From NCBI GenBank assembly GCA_905178155.1, contig CAJINV010000007.1, positions 1,774,331 through 1,838,330 on the forward strand: a DNA stretch of 64,000 nt, given 5' to 3'. This stretch comes from Amoebophrya sp. A120 (taxonomy: Eukaryota > Protista > Dinoflagellata). Shown piece by piece: positions 25,002 to 45,400 of the stretch. Within the stretch, counting starts at the first letter, position 1. Every line of letters starts with the position of its first letter. Below the pieces are notes generated by a model. That model saw only the letters and a list, made by a program, of their open reading frames with translations, had not been told where the DNA came from and searched no databases. Made by a program: the position numbers and the translations under genes.

Positions 25002-31938
<6,937 letters not shown>

Positions 31939-34900
31939 ACGATTTCTTGAATCTGTTCGACGATAGTAGTTGTGTGCCTACTATTAATTGTGTAAGTTCA
32001 GATTTGATATTCCTCTAGATGATGAATCGCATCAACATGATGTGGACATTCCCATTGTTGACAAAAAGTATTTAGAAAACGAAAACGAATGACGTCGGAC
32101 AAATGACCGCGAAGAGCAAGGTCGAGCTTGTATCTCTCTCAGCTGTGATTGCTCCTGCTCCTTCGCTTGAAGAGTTGTCAAGGGCTATTGCGGCTGAGAC
32201 GAAGAGCGAGAACTTCCATTTTGGTAACGAACCATGTAAACCACGAGCTTTTTTTTTCAACAAGCATCAGAAGGCGAAGATTAGGCTGAGCTGCTGCGAA
32301 CAACTTTTTTTTTCAATTTCTGAATTTCACGAAAGACCCTAGCTTTGACTCTATTAAAATACAAATAGCACATCAGGTGAGCTACAAGGAGTAATCAAAC
32401 TGTTTCTATTGCTAAAAGAGGACAAACGTGACAAAAAATCTTCGGAGGACAAGTATCAAGAAATTATCGCAAAAAGCTCGATCCATTGAGCAGTAGAGTA
32501 TTTATTATCGTTTGAATAGACACAAATCTTGTACTGGAAAAAACTTGAGTTTAGAAGTTATCGAAAATAGGAATACGAATACGCGTTCGCCGCGGGACCA
32601 ACACCCCACCACGCTGGAGCAGCGCTTATCGCAGAACTAGTTTATCGAACATTTACGCTGTTTCAGAGTAGCAGGGCCGCTGTGCTAAGACTTTATTGAT
32701 TTGATATAAGAATATGCTATCAACAAAATTTTCACTGGCTGTCTGTTTCCTACTTCAGGGGCAACAAAAAACAACTAACCCACCTCAGCAGGAAAGATAC
32801 GCTTCAGGGTTGCCATAGAATCACTGAAGTAGAGAGCAACGGCCAGACCGCAAAAACATTTCTGAAGTTAGATTGTTTAGTTTTAGCAGAGCTGTTTACA
32901 ACGAAGAAGTTCAGGCCGCGCGCGATTTAAGGTTCTTTCATCTCGTCTGCACTCTTGCGCTTGTTTTTACAGCGCAGGTTTCCAGCGAATCAGAACCGTT
33001 CTTGTGGCGGCTCCATAAATTGATAGGATTTGTTTAACATCGGGATGGGAGGCATGAATGAACCGAAGACGTAGAGGCTTTTCGCACCGTCTCCGAGGAC
33101 TTCGAAAAGAACAACAGCATCATTTTTTCCGTGGATGCAAAAACCTAGTCACAAATCTCGGCAAGCTTCTCACTGTGCTAGTAGAGCCCTCGATGGAAAG
33201 ATGCGGCGACAGAGGACAAATCAACCGCTAGATGCCGCAAACAAGCCGATAGCGATTGTAAAAAGCAGCAGCATGGCGGCTTCGTTTCTATAGTCTGCTT
33301 TCTGTAGTAGCTTCTCATTTCTTGATGAGAACAGGAAGTGGGTCGTAGCCACGGCGGCAGTATGACTTTCTAGCCTAGGTGAAGTGTTTTGAGATTCTGA
33401 TTGGTTTTTGCTGCCATTTTCATTACACATATTTTCCTCAGCTTTGCTTTTTTATCTGCAGGAGCGGGACTTCTCAAGTGGAGCACGAGAAGTATCGTGA
33501 ACAAGAATTGTACACCAAGTCAACGCGTTTGGATAAACTATTTTTTATTTTTACGAATGTTAGGACACGTCGACGCAAAGTCACAGGTCAACCTTCAAAT
33601 TTTAGGGCACGCTTTTTTCATCAACACAACAGAAAATGAAAAACGCAACAAGAAGACCCAAAAATAATATAGCAGTCTACGTCCATCGTGGAAAAGGGAA
33701 ACAAAAACCACGCTGCTCCATGATAATTTGCATGTTGAAGTTACATGATTCGAGTAAAAAAAAAACAAACAGGCTCTCGGACTCTCGACAGGATTCTCGA
33801 GTGTCAGTAGAGTTTCATAGTGAAGTAGTTTTCAACCGTTATTTCTGTTTCGACTGTATAAAACCTGTATCTATATTTCGTCAAGAACAGCACAAGTAGT
33901 GTCGGACAAGTTCAAACAAGGAGGCTGCTACAACTTCTAAAGCTCCACCACCGCGCTCCCGGGAAGCTGTATTGGCTCACCCTGTGGCGCTTGTTGGGTC
34001 GCGGCAATAATGTTGAAAAAAATGTAAATCATTTTGGTGATGTCGTGGTCCCAAAAAGCTGATGACAGAGCATTGTGGTTCTGCTTCTGCCACCGGGGGC
34101 CAAAAAAGAAAAAACCAACGAGGTTAGTAGAACTACTACGCATTCTTGCGGCGAGTAAGTACTGACTTATGCTTATCTGAGCTCCCGTTACTGGTCATTG
34201 GAATGAGACGGACACGATTCACCTCGCTCCATCAAGAGTGTGGTTTCGTGTATGACCTGCAACGCGGCTGGAGTCTTGTAGGTCAAGAAAGTAGGCAGAA
34301 ATAGGAGTGGTTCAAAAACAACGGCAACAGATGGAGAGCAGGCATGATCTCGCCCATACACATACTACTTTCACGGCTACTTAGATTAATATTATACCGC
34401 AGTAGTATCAGCATCTATTTGGCAGTTACGACGGCGCGGTGGGTGCCCTAATGGGACAGCCGGTGCGGTGATCACAGCATCATTTTTTTTTTGTGACTTG
34501 TTTTTGTGTGCGCGACCCCGCCTGTGTTTATGTATTCATGTTTCCGTTTCCGAGTACTGAAGCACGCAGCATCATGTACAACTCTACTTGTGAAACTTCA
34601 ACACTATAATTTATCATGATTTTGACAGCAAAAGAATGTATGGAAAGGCGTAGCACTACTACAACTCTATTCTTGTTTCAATGAGCCTGAATGTTGACTA
34701 ATTTCGACAACTAAGACGAGCTATGTTTGAAATGACACTGCGACTATACGAAGAAAATTGTCGCTCTGTAGTACTCCTGCTATTTTCTTACCAATTCTAT
34801 GCGCAATTGTGCAGAAGGCAAGATTCTATGCGCAACGCACAGTACTAGACCAAATACAAATAGCAAGGGTAGGTTCTTTAGCGATATTTTTCAGAAGGAG

Positions 34901-36454
34901 TCGAATATTTTGATATAGAGAATGAGAAACGTGAAGAACAAACGCGATGAAATCCAAAGTAAAGCAAGCTGCAGGAGAATCTTTCCATCAATATCGAATG
35001 AATCCTTCGAAGACACTCTACCACCTTCTAGCACCTTCGCTTGAATTTATTCGAATACTTTGTTTAACAGAGCGCTGCTGCTGCAATCACACAGAAATAT
35101 TGAGGAAAAAACCAAGTTTTCAAAAACAACTTTTGCCCGCTGGCACAGCTCCTTTTCATATTCTTTAAAGGAGGAGAAGAAAGAAAGTGAAAAATGAAGG
35201 CGGGTGAAAGTAGAAACCTTGAAAAGTAAAAGTAAAAAAATGGTTGCAGTAGTCAGCACAGCAAGAAGAGCATCGCTACTCGAACTACACTTAGAGATGA
35301 TAGTATCGCGCGATAAGTTTAAGTAGGATGAAATAAAGTTCGAATAGATAAGCAAGCGAGATAAAAAAAAGACGTCAAAGAAGGTAGAACTACATCAAAT
35401 GGCGCACTGAAAAGATGAAAATAGAAAACTACTCATCCCCTGATGTTATGATCTAGCAAATAAACCAATCGCCAAGGTGTAGTGCTGGCGGTTAGTTTGG
35501 ATTCCGGACGTCGGATGAGAGCCGCGGTCCTTCTAAAATCAAGAACGCAAAGATTTGTGGCGAATTCAAATTTTATCACAAAAATCTCAAACAGTCCAGA
35601 AGAAACCAAGTAGGGGCGACTACTTGTACTCGGCTTTATCTCCGGCGGGCGCTTCGTGTCTTTGTCGCTGTACTCGAACCCACCTTCAGATGTTTGTTTT
35701 TCTGATTTCTTTCGAACCTGATTCTTTTTTTCTTTTCATCGTGCTTGGCTTCTAGAAGGCCAATCGGATCCAATTTGTTTTGGTTTTCTTTTTGATGTGT
35801 GTAGCAGAGAGGACGGTTATTGGCATTTGCATTGCAGCTAAATATAAAGTGGGGGAGTTGGATGAAAAGAAAGACGAGCAGATTGATCACCCGTGAGAGA
35901 AGCAGAGATACGACGAGTGAGGATGACCTAAAGTAACAGTCGCGCGCGTGAGATTTTTATCTTGTAGTTAAAGTAACAAAACGTAGTTCGATGTTAGAGT
36001 TAGTCCTGTTTCTGTTTGAGGAAACAAGAAAAATGAAAGCCCCCTGTGGCGAAAATGGTGAATGTTCGCTTGTGTTGTTTCCATTCATCTCGTTTGTGTG
36101 TTGTTGGTGATAATTGCGTGCGTCGCCAAGACAACAGCAAGCGCCGGCCGCGCTTGCGCGGTGGGGGTGGCCGCAGCGCAACATCAACAGGCCGATAGTA
36201 TGGAGCGGACGAGTGGCAGCTCCACGGAGATTTGCGTTGCAGCCATTGCTCCAGACGCAAGGGTAACAAGTGCAATGGCCTTCTCCCCGCTCTTCACGAT
36301 AGCGTCGCTGTTCTACTTTTCGAGGTGGACATGCTGGGAGGGCGCTTCCACCGAGGAATACAAGTGTCATCGGGAAGATGATTTTTCTCCAGCCACAGGC
36401 ACAGCTTTGACTTGTTGAGTCCGTCTTCAGGAGCGCATGAATAACTAGGGGATC

Positions 36455-39400
36455 ATGGCTGACGCAGCAGGCCCCTCCGCCCCAGCGGCTGGAAAAGACG
36501 CTGCGCCAGCGGCCGCTTCTGCGGCTGCAGAAGGCACAAAAGACACCGCGCCCGCTGCAGAAAAAAAGGATGACAGCGCGAGTTCTAAAACCGCAGCAGT
36601 TCCTTCTGGAGGCGGTTCAGCAAAAGCCGGGCCGGATGACGCCGGAAAAAATGCAGCGGACAAAACGAAGAACAAAGACGCCGAGCAAGAAAATGATCAG
36701 CCGGAATTGACCGAAGGCGAAGCGGACGCGCGAGAGGCCCTGCTGAACGTCGGCGTCACGCCCAGAGTTGTGTACCAAGACTTTCAGAAACAAAATCGCG
36801 CCTACAAATACAAATTTGGGCTCGCGGCGGGACAAGCGCCGAGCAGGGGTACGCAGAGAGAAATCGAGTGCCGACAGAGAACCTGGCGAATCACCCTGGC
36901 GCACATTCAACTTCAACCGGAGACTGACGAGCTGTGCAGTGGGAATAAGTATTTACTGGTGCTCTACGTTGGCAGGGATCAGAAAGAATTTCTCGTCAAG
37001 GGCGGAATCTTCCTGCTTGGAAGGTTAGGGAAAGTCTTTCGCGTCCCGCTACCGCAACTGGTCCAGAAAAGCGAGGCGATATCTTTACCCGAATCGACGA
37101 AGTTTCAGACCGATTTCTCCCTTTCCTACGCACAGGTGGAATCCCAAACTTTAACCGCGGAGCTCTGGCAACTTCGCAGATTTGGCCCGAACAGGTTGGA
37201 CTGTTGGTGCGCTGAGTCACTCGCCAATGTCATCCCGCGGGAAAACCCCCGGATCTCGCTCCGGCTCGGGAGGGTGGATAAGTTTGGCTACAAATCGATA
37301 CGGCTGCGCGTCGATTTTTTCATTCGGGTAGAGGAAGTGCACTTGTTCGATGTATGGTTCCAAAACTGGAGCATAAAAAAGCTCACGGACGCGACCGAGT
37401 TGTATGATCGAGCGGTGCGGGCGGACCGGAAAAATAAGGAGAAGGAAAAGGCACTGGCGATGGCAGAAAAAGAAACGAGGAATCGAAAATTCGCTTTGGG
37501 GTTAACAGGGGACGCTTTAACGAAGCAGATGCTGCAATTTCTACTCATCGCGACAGAAGGCAGGGGGAGCGTGGAAGATCCGAAACTGTGGCTGGAAGCT
37601 GCAGAGCCCTTGATAGTACCGAGGCGAAGAAGTAGAGGGAGCTCTGCTGAAGCTGATGTTGTTGGAAGTAGACTCTCTACTGCTTCGGCTGGATCTGACC
37701 CCGGGCTAGAAATGATCGCAGACCGTGTGGGGAGCCGCGAGTCCGGGTTTGGCGCACGAAGAACCCTAGCGGAGCAAGAAGACCTCGCATTGAAGCTCTA
37801 CCCCAGCAGGTTTGTCCGCGAGGTGCTACATCTGGGTACGAGATTCGCGAAACGCTTTGAGAACGAGCCAGAAATGTTTTTTCCGTACGCACTGATCGTG
37901 GTATTGTCGAGGATGGATGTTTTTTTGCAAGAGCGGGCGGAGGGGAAGATGTTGACCATGGACGCAGGAGCACTAGGAGGTGGGCCAAGAATTACAACAA
38001 CTACATTGTTAACCAGATTTACATCCTCTGGTGGACCCCCCGCCGCGTTTGTTGAGGGTGTGCACCAGTCGGAAAATCTGTACAGCGGGTCGTCGTCTGC
38101 GTCCTCCCCTCCCTCCTCTTCCTCTCGAGCAGCCTCCGGACAGATTGGCTTCGGCAACTCGAGTTCAGATGAAAAAAGCCAGTTTTCGCCGTCCTCTGTG
38201 AAGAACTACGCGCACGAGAAAACGAAATCTCCGGGCGTTTTCCTGTTTGCTCCGGGGGATGATCTTGCTCAAGATGAAGAGGGAGCAAAGTCGACGGAAC
38301 CAAAGCAGGATAAATTTGATCCACGCGCCTCAGTCGTGAGTCGACAAGGGGATGACGACGCGCCTGTCACTTTATTTAACGATCCAGAAGGTCCTGAGCA
38401 GCTGCGTAGACCAGAGGACTTCCTTCAGAGGCTCATTCAGAATGAAACCTCCACAGCCTCCGCTGCAAACAACCACCCAAATAACTCGTCCTCTTCCTCC
38501 ACATCCAACACCGATTACCAGGTTTGCGAAGTCGACGCCGTGAAGTCCTTGAGTGTCAGCACGAGATCCCACCGCACGAAGCTTGGGAGATTGAAAACCT
38601 GGATGGTGATTGACGTGCTGGGGAAGTCCCCCGCGAGGGTGTACAGTAAGCCCGCAATTGGGAAGCAGATGGAGTACGAAATTGCGGGGAACTACGGCTT
38701 CAAGGGCGTTTTGTCAGAGCTCCAGTCCTTGTCTATGGTGATCCGGGTGTACACCAACCAAAGATCCGTGTTTGAGAAAAAGTGTTTGACTTTCCGCGAT
38801 CAGAACATGCTGGCGTCGAACGGTGGGAAGAAAATGAAGAACGGATCGAAAATCAATGGAACTCGCAGGTCGACCGGGAAGAAGATATCGAAATCCGCGG
38901 CTGTCAGCAAAACGGAATCTTCAAAAAAATCATCAACATCAAACATGACCGCAATTGGTCGGCGGCAGCTGCTCTCCACCACTCTAGATCTGGAAGAAGC
39001 AACACAGGACGCGGCAAGGAAAACCAAACTCCTGGCAAAGCTCCTTCGCCCGGGCGGGCCGAGAAAAGCTTTGGTCGACATGCAGCGGAACGTCCGGATG
39101 AGAAGGAAGCGGATGGTGTGTTTAGCGCGAACTGTTGTGAAATTTGAGAGCTTAGCGCAGGGGGTCTTTGAGAAGGAACTCGACCCCGCTCCCGCGGTTG
39201 CAAAACGGCTCGGAAAACAAGCTTTCTTGTCTCTGCCGTTGCTGCAACTTCTCGAGCAGCAGAACGGGGATCGTTCATCTTCGGGAGGCGCAGGCGACGG
39301 GAAGATGAACAGCAAAACGGGCGCGGCTTCGCAAGGTGAAGGAGGCGTCAGTAGTACGCCCAAAACCACGTCGGAAGCAGGATCCTCTATCTCGCCAACA

Positions 39401-42400
39401 AGCACTGCTATCGCACCAGGAGCAGAGCGACAGCCGGTGCCAGGATCTGCTAAAAACGCCAAATCCTCTACCAAGACCAACAAGGATGATCGGCAGCACA
39501 ACAACTTCGAAAACATCGGGACCCTCCAGGGCTACCTCCGTTTAAACGATGACGACCGACCTTTACCCAGGTACACATCGCTTGTCCAATCCACCAGAGG
39601 GCTATCCGGACTCTCCCGCTACGTCGGAGGGATTCTCGAGAAGCAAACCGGCCACGCTTACCTCATCGTGCAAATAGACGAGGTGAAAAACGTCGAGCTT
39701 TGGCGGGGGTTGGAGTCTTTCGGCCAGAACGCAGCGACCACGGACACCTTCGTGGAGGTGCGGTGTGACGAAACAACTCTGAAAACCGAAACGACAGAGG
39801 ATTCCACTTCTCTCGCGGTTTTTCGCGAGGAGCTGCTCTTCGACCTCGGACCAGCCGAAACCGTTTTGCAGAAAATCAAAACGCAAAACGGCTTGGAAGT
39901 CAGAATCGACCTGTGGCTGGACAGCGATAGTTTTGCGGAGCACATCGGGTTTTGCACGGATAGCGTAGTGAATCTATTGAAATTCGGGGTAGAGGAAGAA
40001 GTCGAGATGGCGGTGGCGACGACGGACGGCGCGAGCAGGGAAAGGATCACGGAGGTTGTGGAGAAAAACACGTGTCAGATACTAAGGAGACGAGGTGTGC
40101 CTTTGCGGAAGGGCGGCGATATTGGTGCAGCGTCGTCCACTGCAGGTGGCACCGCTGCCGCCGCTCTGCACAACGCCGCGAACGCGGAGCGCAACACGAT
40201 ATCCTACGCAATGTTCATCGCCCACGGGGAGCACGGGGGCTTTTCATCTCCGCGGAAGAAGCAACTGTTGCGCGGCGCCCACAAACAAGCGGTAACGAAG
40301 CACCAGCACATGCATAGTTTCCGACTTTTACACGACGCGGCGGTGGCAGCTTTGGCAGCGGATGGGAATATGTCTGTGAAGCAAGTGGAGAAAACTGTAC
40401 TGGGCAAAGTCTTGACGTCGCCGGGCGCTGGTGGGCTAGACGAGCTTGACGCAGTAGAAGTGGACGAATCGCCGACTGGCACAGACGACGACAAATCTCA
40501 CTCGTCCGGCGCGTCGGGCGACGAGGAAAATGAGAGGCGCAGCGTGCAGAAATCCGTTCTAGCAACCACGCGGTCGATGCTCGGAAACTACAAGAGCAAC
40601 AAAACCTTGGCGGGTGGTGGTCGTGGTGTGGGGACCGACTATTCCGCGATTGCCGCCGGTGCGGCTTTGTTGCCGTTTGTTGCCGCGCACAATCCGGGCC
40701 GAATCAAAGATTCCTTTCCAAGTGACATGGTAAAGTGGATGTTTGTGCAAGAGTGTCGTACGCAAACCGAACACCAGGCACAGAACGCCGCATCATTTTC
40801 ATCTTCGTCGTCCAGAGGCTTCGGAAGTAGTGGTGGCGTTCAACAACATCTTTCCGAAGCAGGAGCCGCTTCCTACCTGCGCTCCCAACATTTTCTGCAA
40901 GAAAACCTTCGCCTCCGCCCCTTCGCACCCGGGCCGGCGTACCTTCATGGGATCCTGCATTCTCCGAACCCGCGGAACTTCAACGTCTCCAGGCTAGGCC
41001 ACGACTACTTGCCACACTTCTTATCGACTTTTTGCGGGAAAACACAGCCGGCGCCGCAATTAGAAACGAGTGAGGAAGTCTGTTATTGGATCTCGTGTTT
41101 GCAATATCGAGACGATCACCAAGCAGGGCCATCGAAGTCGTCAATCGGGAGTGCTAGCACGGCTACAGTAGACAACGAAGTTTGGCAAGCTCCGGATCTC
41201 ACGCTTTCCGAGCGCAGCGGCGGGCAGTTGGAGCACGTTTTACTGCACTACGCTCTTCTGCGGTCGATCAACAAGTTTCCCTTCATCTGTGTCGGTACGC
41301 TGCACAGCGGCAAGCCGCACGTCTGGTTGGCAACACTAGAGAAGCGAGGGAACGTGAGGTTTTGGGAACCGCAGAGTTCTGGGTGTGGCATTGCTGGAAT
41401 GAGTAGTTCATCAGGAACTACTCTTGAGTCTTCACATGGGAACATCAAAGCTGGCGCCGCACTACCCAAAAATCTGACTCGTTCTTCCGTTCCGAAACCT
41501 TTCCGAGAGCTACCAACCCGCATTTCCCACCCGGAGCAGTGGAGGCTCGTGGCGCGCAGCTTTTACTCGCACAAGGGCGAGGAAAAATGGCAAAACGTTG
41601 AACTGCACCGCCGGAGACTGCTGTTCGCACAGAGGATTGCATTTCTGTTTCATGTGCGAAAACGATCGAGTTCGAGGTCAAGCTCCGGCACGAACAACAG
41701 CGCCGCGTCGTCCATTATCTGGGTTTTCGACCGGCAGAAGCGAGAAGCTGCGGATGAGCTCGTCAACCAGCAGGACAGCGACTTGCAACGGCGGAAGAAC
41801 CTCTTTCAGACGAGGAACTCTGTGGTCGAGAAGAAATTACAAGATCTGACGGAGATCGAAAACTTTTTAAAAGTTCAAGAGACGCTCCGGAAAGCGAGTT
41901 TGAAATGCTGCCGAAAAGTCGCGGAGGTCGAAGATAACGAGGAGATGCGGTTTGCGATTCCCGGTGGGCTGAATATCGACACGCAGTTAGTTCTGCAGAG
42001 CGAAAAGCTACGCGACCACACGCTCGTATACACCGATATCTTCCACGACGGACTTGTTGAGAGAGGGGATTTGCCGGGTGATGTCGCTGGAGAGGATACC
42101 TCTGGTCGGGCGTCGGTGTCTGGAACTAGTGGAAACAACTCCAGAGTGAACGCAGGACCGGACGCGAAGGAGCATCCAGATGATGATGCCAGGTCAGGCG
42201 CAACTTTCCGGCAACATATGAGCCGAAAATATCGGAAGCATCTACTGTTCAGTGAGTCCCTCGACGAGGCAGACCAGAACATTCTTCGGACGGAGATTTT
42301 GCAAAATTTCCTTTCCTCGACAGATTTGCGCACTGGAAAGGCGGTTATGTGTCCGCCTGGAAAAAATGGAAAGGACAACAAAACCGAGAAGAAAAAATCC

Positions 42401-45400
42401 GATACGCAAGCTCGCGGCAAGGTAAAGCAAGATGACGACGCTGTACCAACTCGAACTCAGACGCTGATTGCCACCAGTCCGAAGAGTGGCACTTCGAGAG
42501 CGTCCACGTCTGCGTCTGAGGACACCTCTAGCAAGAAGAACGCGAGCTCAGAAATCCTGCGGCCACGGCGATGTTTCGACGGCGCTGTGAGAACGAAGAT
42601 GTCGCTGCAGCAACTAGTGAAGCCTTGGGCGACCGAAGCAGAGCAAGAGAAGCTGTGGGAGCGCGCGGTCGCGTCCGACACAGCCGGCGGGTTGACGATG
42701 GATGACATTCTCCCACCCAGGTGTCTCACCCAGTGCAGCGTGTGCTTTCGAAGTGACTGCATCCGCGGCTTCGTCTGCACGTCTGGGTTGGCTGCAAGAT
42801 CCATACCACTACGCAAAGTTCCAAGGCACAGACGCTCGTCCAACTTGCTGGTCGCTGGCGCAAAGCGCCTCGCCGGGTCCACAGTCGACCTCGCCGCGCA
42901 GGTGGGGAAACGAGTGCGGCATTCTTTCGGAAGTCGTGCCAGTGATGGTCCGGCGGAAACAAACGCAGCGGCTAAGCGACGCCGGACAAGTACCGGCAGC
43001 GTTGGAGACTACAAGGAGCAAGAAGAATCTGTAGTGCGAGTAGTTGAGGAAAGCACGACATCGGACGAAGACCAAAATCATCATGCTGACTTTGACACGA
43101 TGCAGGACAAAAGGGGCGGCAGGAGGAGAACAAGTTCTCTTCAGCAAGACTCTGCAGGAGCTGCTCCTGCTGACACCAGTAAAACACAAGACTTGATCGA
43201 AGTCCAGCCGGAAGACGACGTAGCGGACGGCAGACTCCTTCACGACGCGCCGTTCTTCGTCTGTTGGGACTGCGCCATGCAGAAGTACATGCTTGGCGGA
43301 GAGCAAGAGGCGGAAACGCTTCTGAAGCCGTTGGAGCCTTGGTTTACGGAGTCACTCCACACCGAGCGCGCGCCGGTTCAGGACCCGCGACTCGTCGTGG
43401 GTGTTCATGAGGAGCACGGGACAGGTAATATCAACAGTGACGAGATGATGAATACTACGACGGCTGGTCGCTTTCCGGCAACGCAAGGAGACGCTGCAGA
43501 TGACCTCCCGGCGCCGGACACTTCTGGCGCAGGAGCTACAACAGCAGTAGCAGGACCTTCTTCATCGTCGTCCAAGACCACTGTCAGAACCAGGTACGCC
43601 AAAACCGAGGTGCCTTCGACGGAATACGCGACGCTCGATTTGGTTTTCCACGAGGGCAACACGTATCGGAACCTCCAACACTGGGACCCGTTCGCGATCT
43701 ACTTTGACCTCTGGGACCAGAACTACTGGCTACCTTTTTCCGCCGTGGATCTGGTGGGGTCCCGCGAGAAAACGCACTGGTGGGGGAAAGCTGTCCTTGG
43801 CCCCCCGCACGGCGAGGCGTGGCGGGCCCGGAGGCACACACAAGTGCTGCAGCACTTGAAAAGACAAATCACGGAACTCCGGTCCGGGCAGAGACTGGAA
43901 ACGCACTGGGTGGCGAGCCGGGTTTTGGGAAATTTCCTCGTTCTGGGGTTGGAATACCTCCGGCAAATCCAGACATGTTCCGAAGACGAGAAAGTAGCCG
44001 CTTTGAAGCAATTATCGCACTGGAAAAGAGAGTTGGAATTGAAAACACAGCAAACCGCCACGGCAAACAGTGAGTTGAAAGCTTTGCCAATTCTGTTCTC
44101 CGACAGCCGACCAGCGATCGTGTGGCAAAAGTTCGAGCACATCGCCGGGAAACTGTTACGGCAAGCACCGGACGGCGCCCGGTTTGCGCTCGCAGCGGCG
44201 TTGGACTGTCTGCCGAACCGCGTCACCGCCTGCTACGTGTTTTTCTTGGTTTTGTTCCCGCCGACATCTTCCGCCGGCAACCAGAAAAGCCTGGCTCCGA
44301 TGGTGAGACTGGACGGGAATGTGGGGAAGGTGAGGCTAAATGCCGTGCTGGAATGGAACGAAAGAAACCGACTCCCTGCGATCTTGGAGGATGATCTGAT
44401 GCCCGATGATTTAAACACGTCTGCGGGAGCATTTCTTGGCTCAGACACTGCGGTGGATGTATCCTCTCAGCTGCCGGGGGGCGGGAGACAGATCGAGCTC
44501 GAAGATGATCTCGCAGTTGCCGAATTCGAATACGGGACGAGTGATATTACTCCACCAGGAGCAACATCGACAGCCAAAAAGAAGCGCGATTACCACCGGC
44601 CCGAGCACGTCCATGGAGCGCACGGCTGGCATGCGAGGCAAAAGGGGAGAAGCGTTGATGTTCAGGGGAACATCGCGACGAAGCTAGTGGGCAAGGCAGG
44701 CGAGAATTCAGATTCGGATGTGATCGCCATCGCCGATCATCATTGTTTGCCGTTACCGCTCGGAAGCGTGAAGCAGGACTGCGCGATCGTTCCGGATTGG
44801 TACTGGACCCTGGACATCTTCGACGTGAATGAGGAACAAGCTGGAGCAGGACACTATCCCGGCCGCGAAATGATCGAAGACGACCAAGCAGTGAACTTGT
44901 TCTACGGGGAAAATAGCAAAGGGACGACGAGCCAATTGCAGTTATACAACAACGAGCATGACAACTACGACCTTTCCTCGTCGGCTTCCTCGTTTTCTGA
45001 AGACGAAGGACTGCTGGCGGATGAGTCATCTTTTCAGGATGGCCTAGTTGCCTCTGAGTCGGACGCTGCGCCTGCGGATAACAATAAGAATTATGCGTCG
45101 TCATCTTCATCCGCGTCTACTTCTTCGAGAAACATGGGAAATGTAGACCGATATCAAAATAACCGGCACCCAGCGCTGCAAATGCAAGAATACAAAAACC
45201 AAAGCAAAAATTTTCGTGAAGGACGACACAGAGCGACAACTCCGAGGGGGGAAGATGAAGGTGGTGACACAGAAACTCTAGGCGCAGCAGGGGGCCTGGA
45301 AAACAAGGAGCAGGATCACACAGAACCACAACTTCTTCCGGCTGCGTTGGACGCGTTCTACTTCGAAATTGAAGTTGTTAAGGCGAGGCACAATGCCGGG

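Noticed and set aside
32000-36420. Short ORFs in the long AT-richer spacer, including 36062-36418
   Set aside because: No recognisable domains or splice-consistent models; treated as intergenic or UTR.
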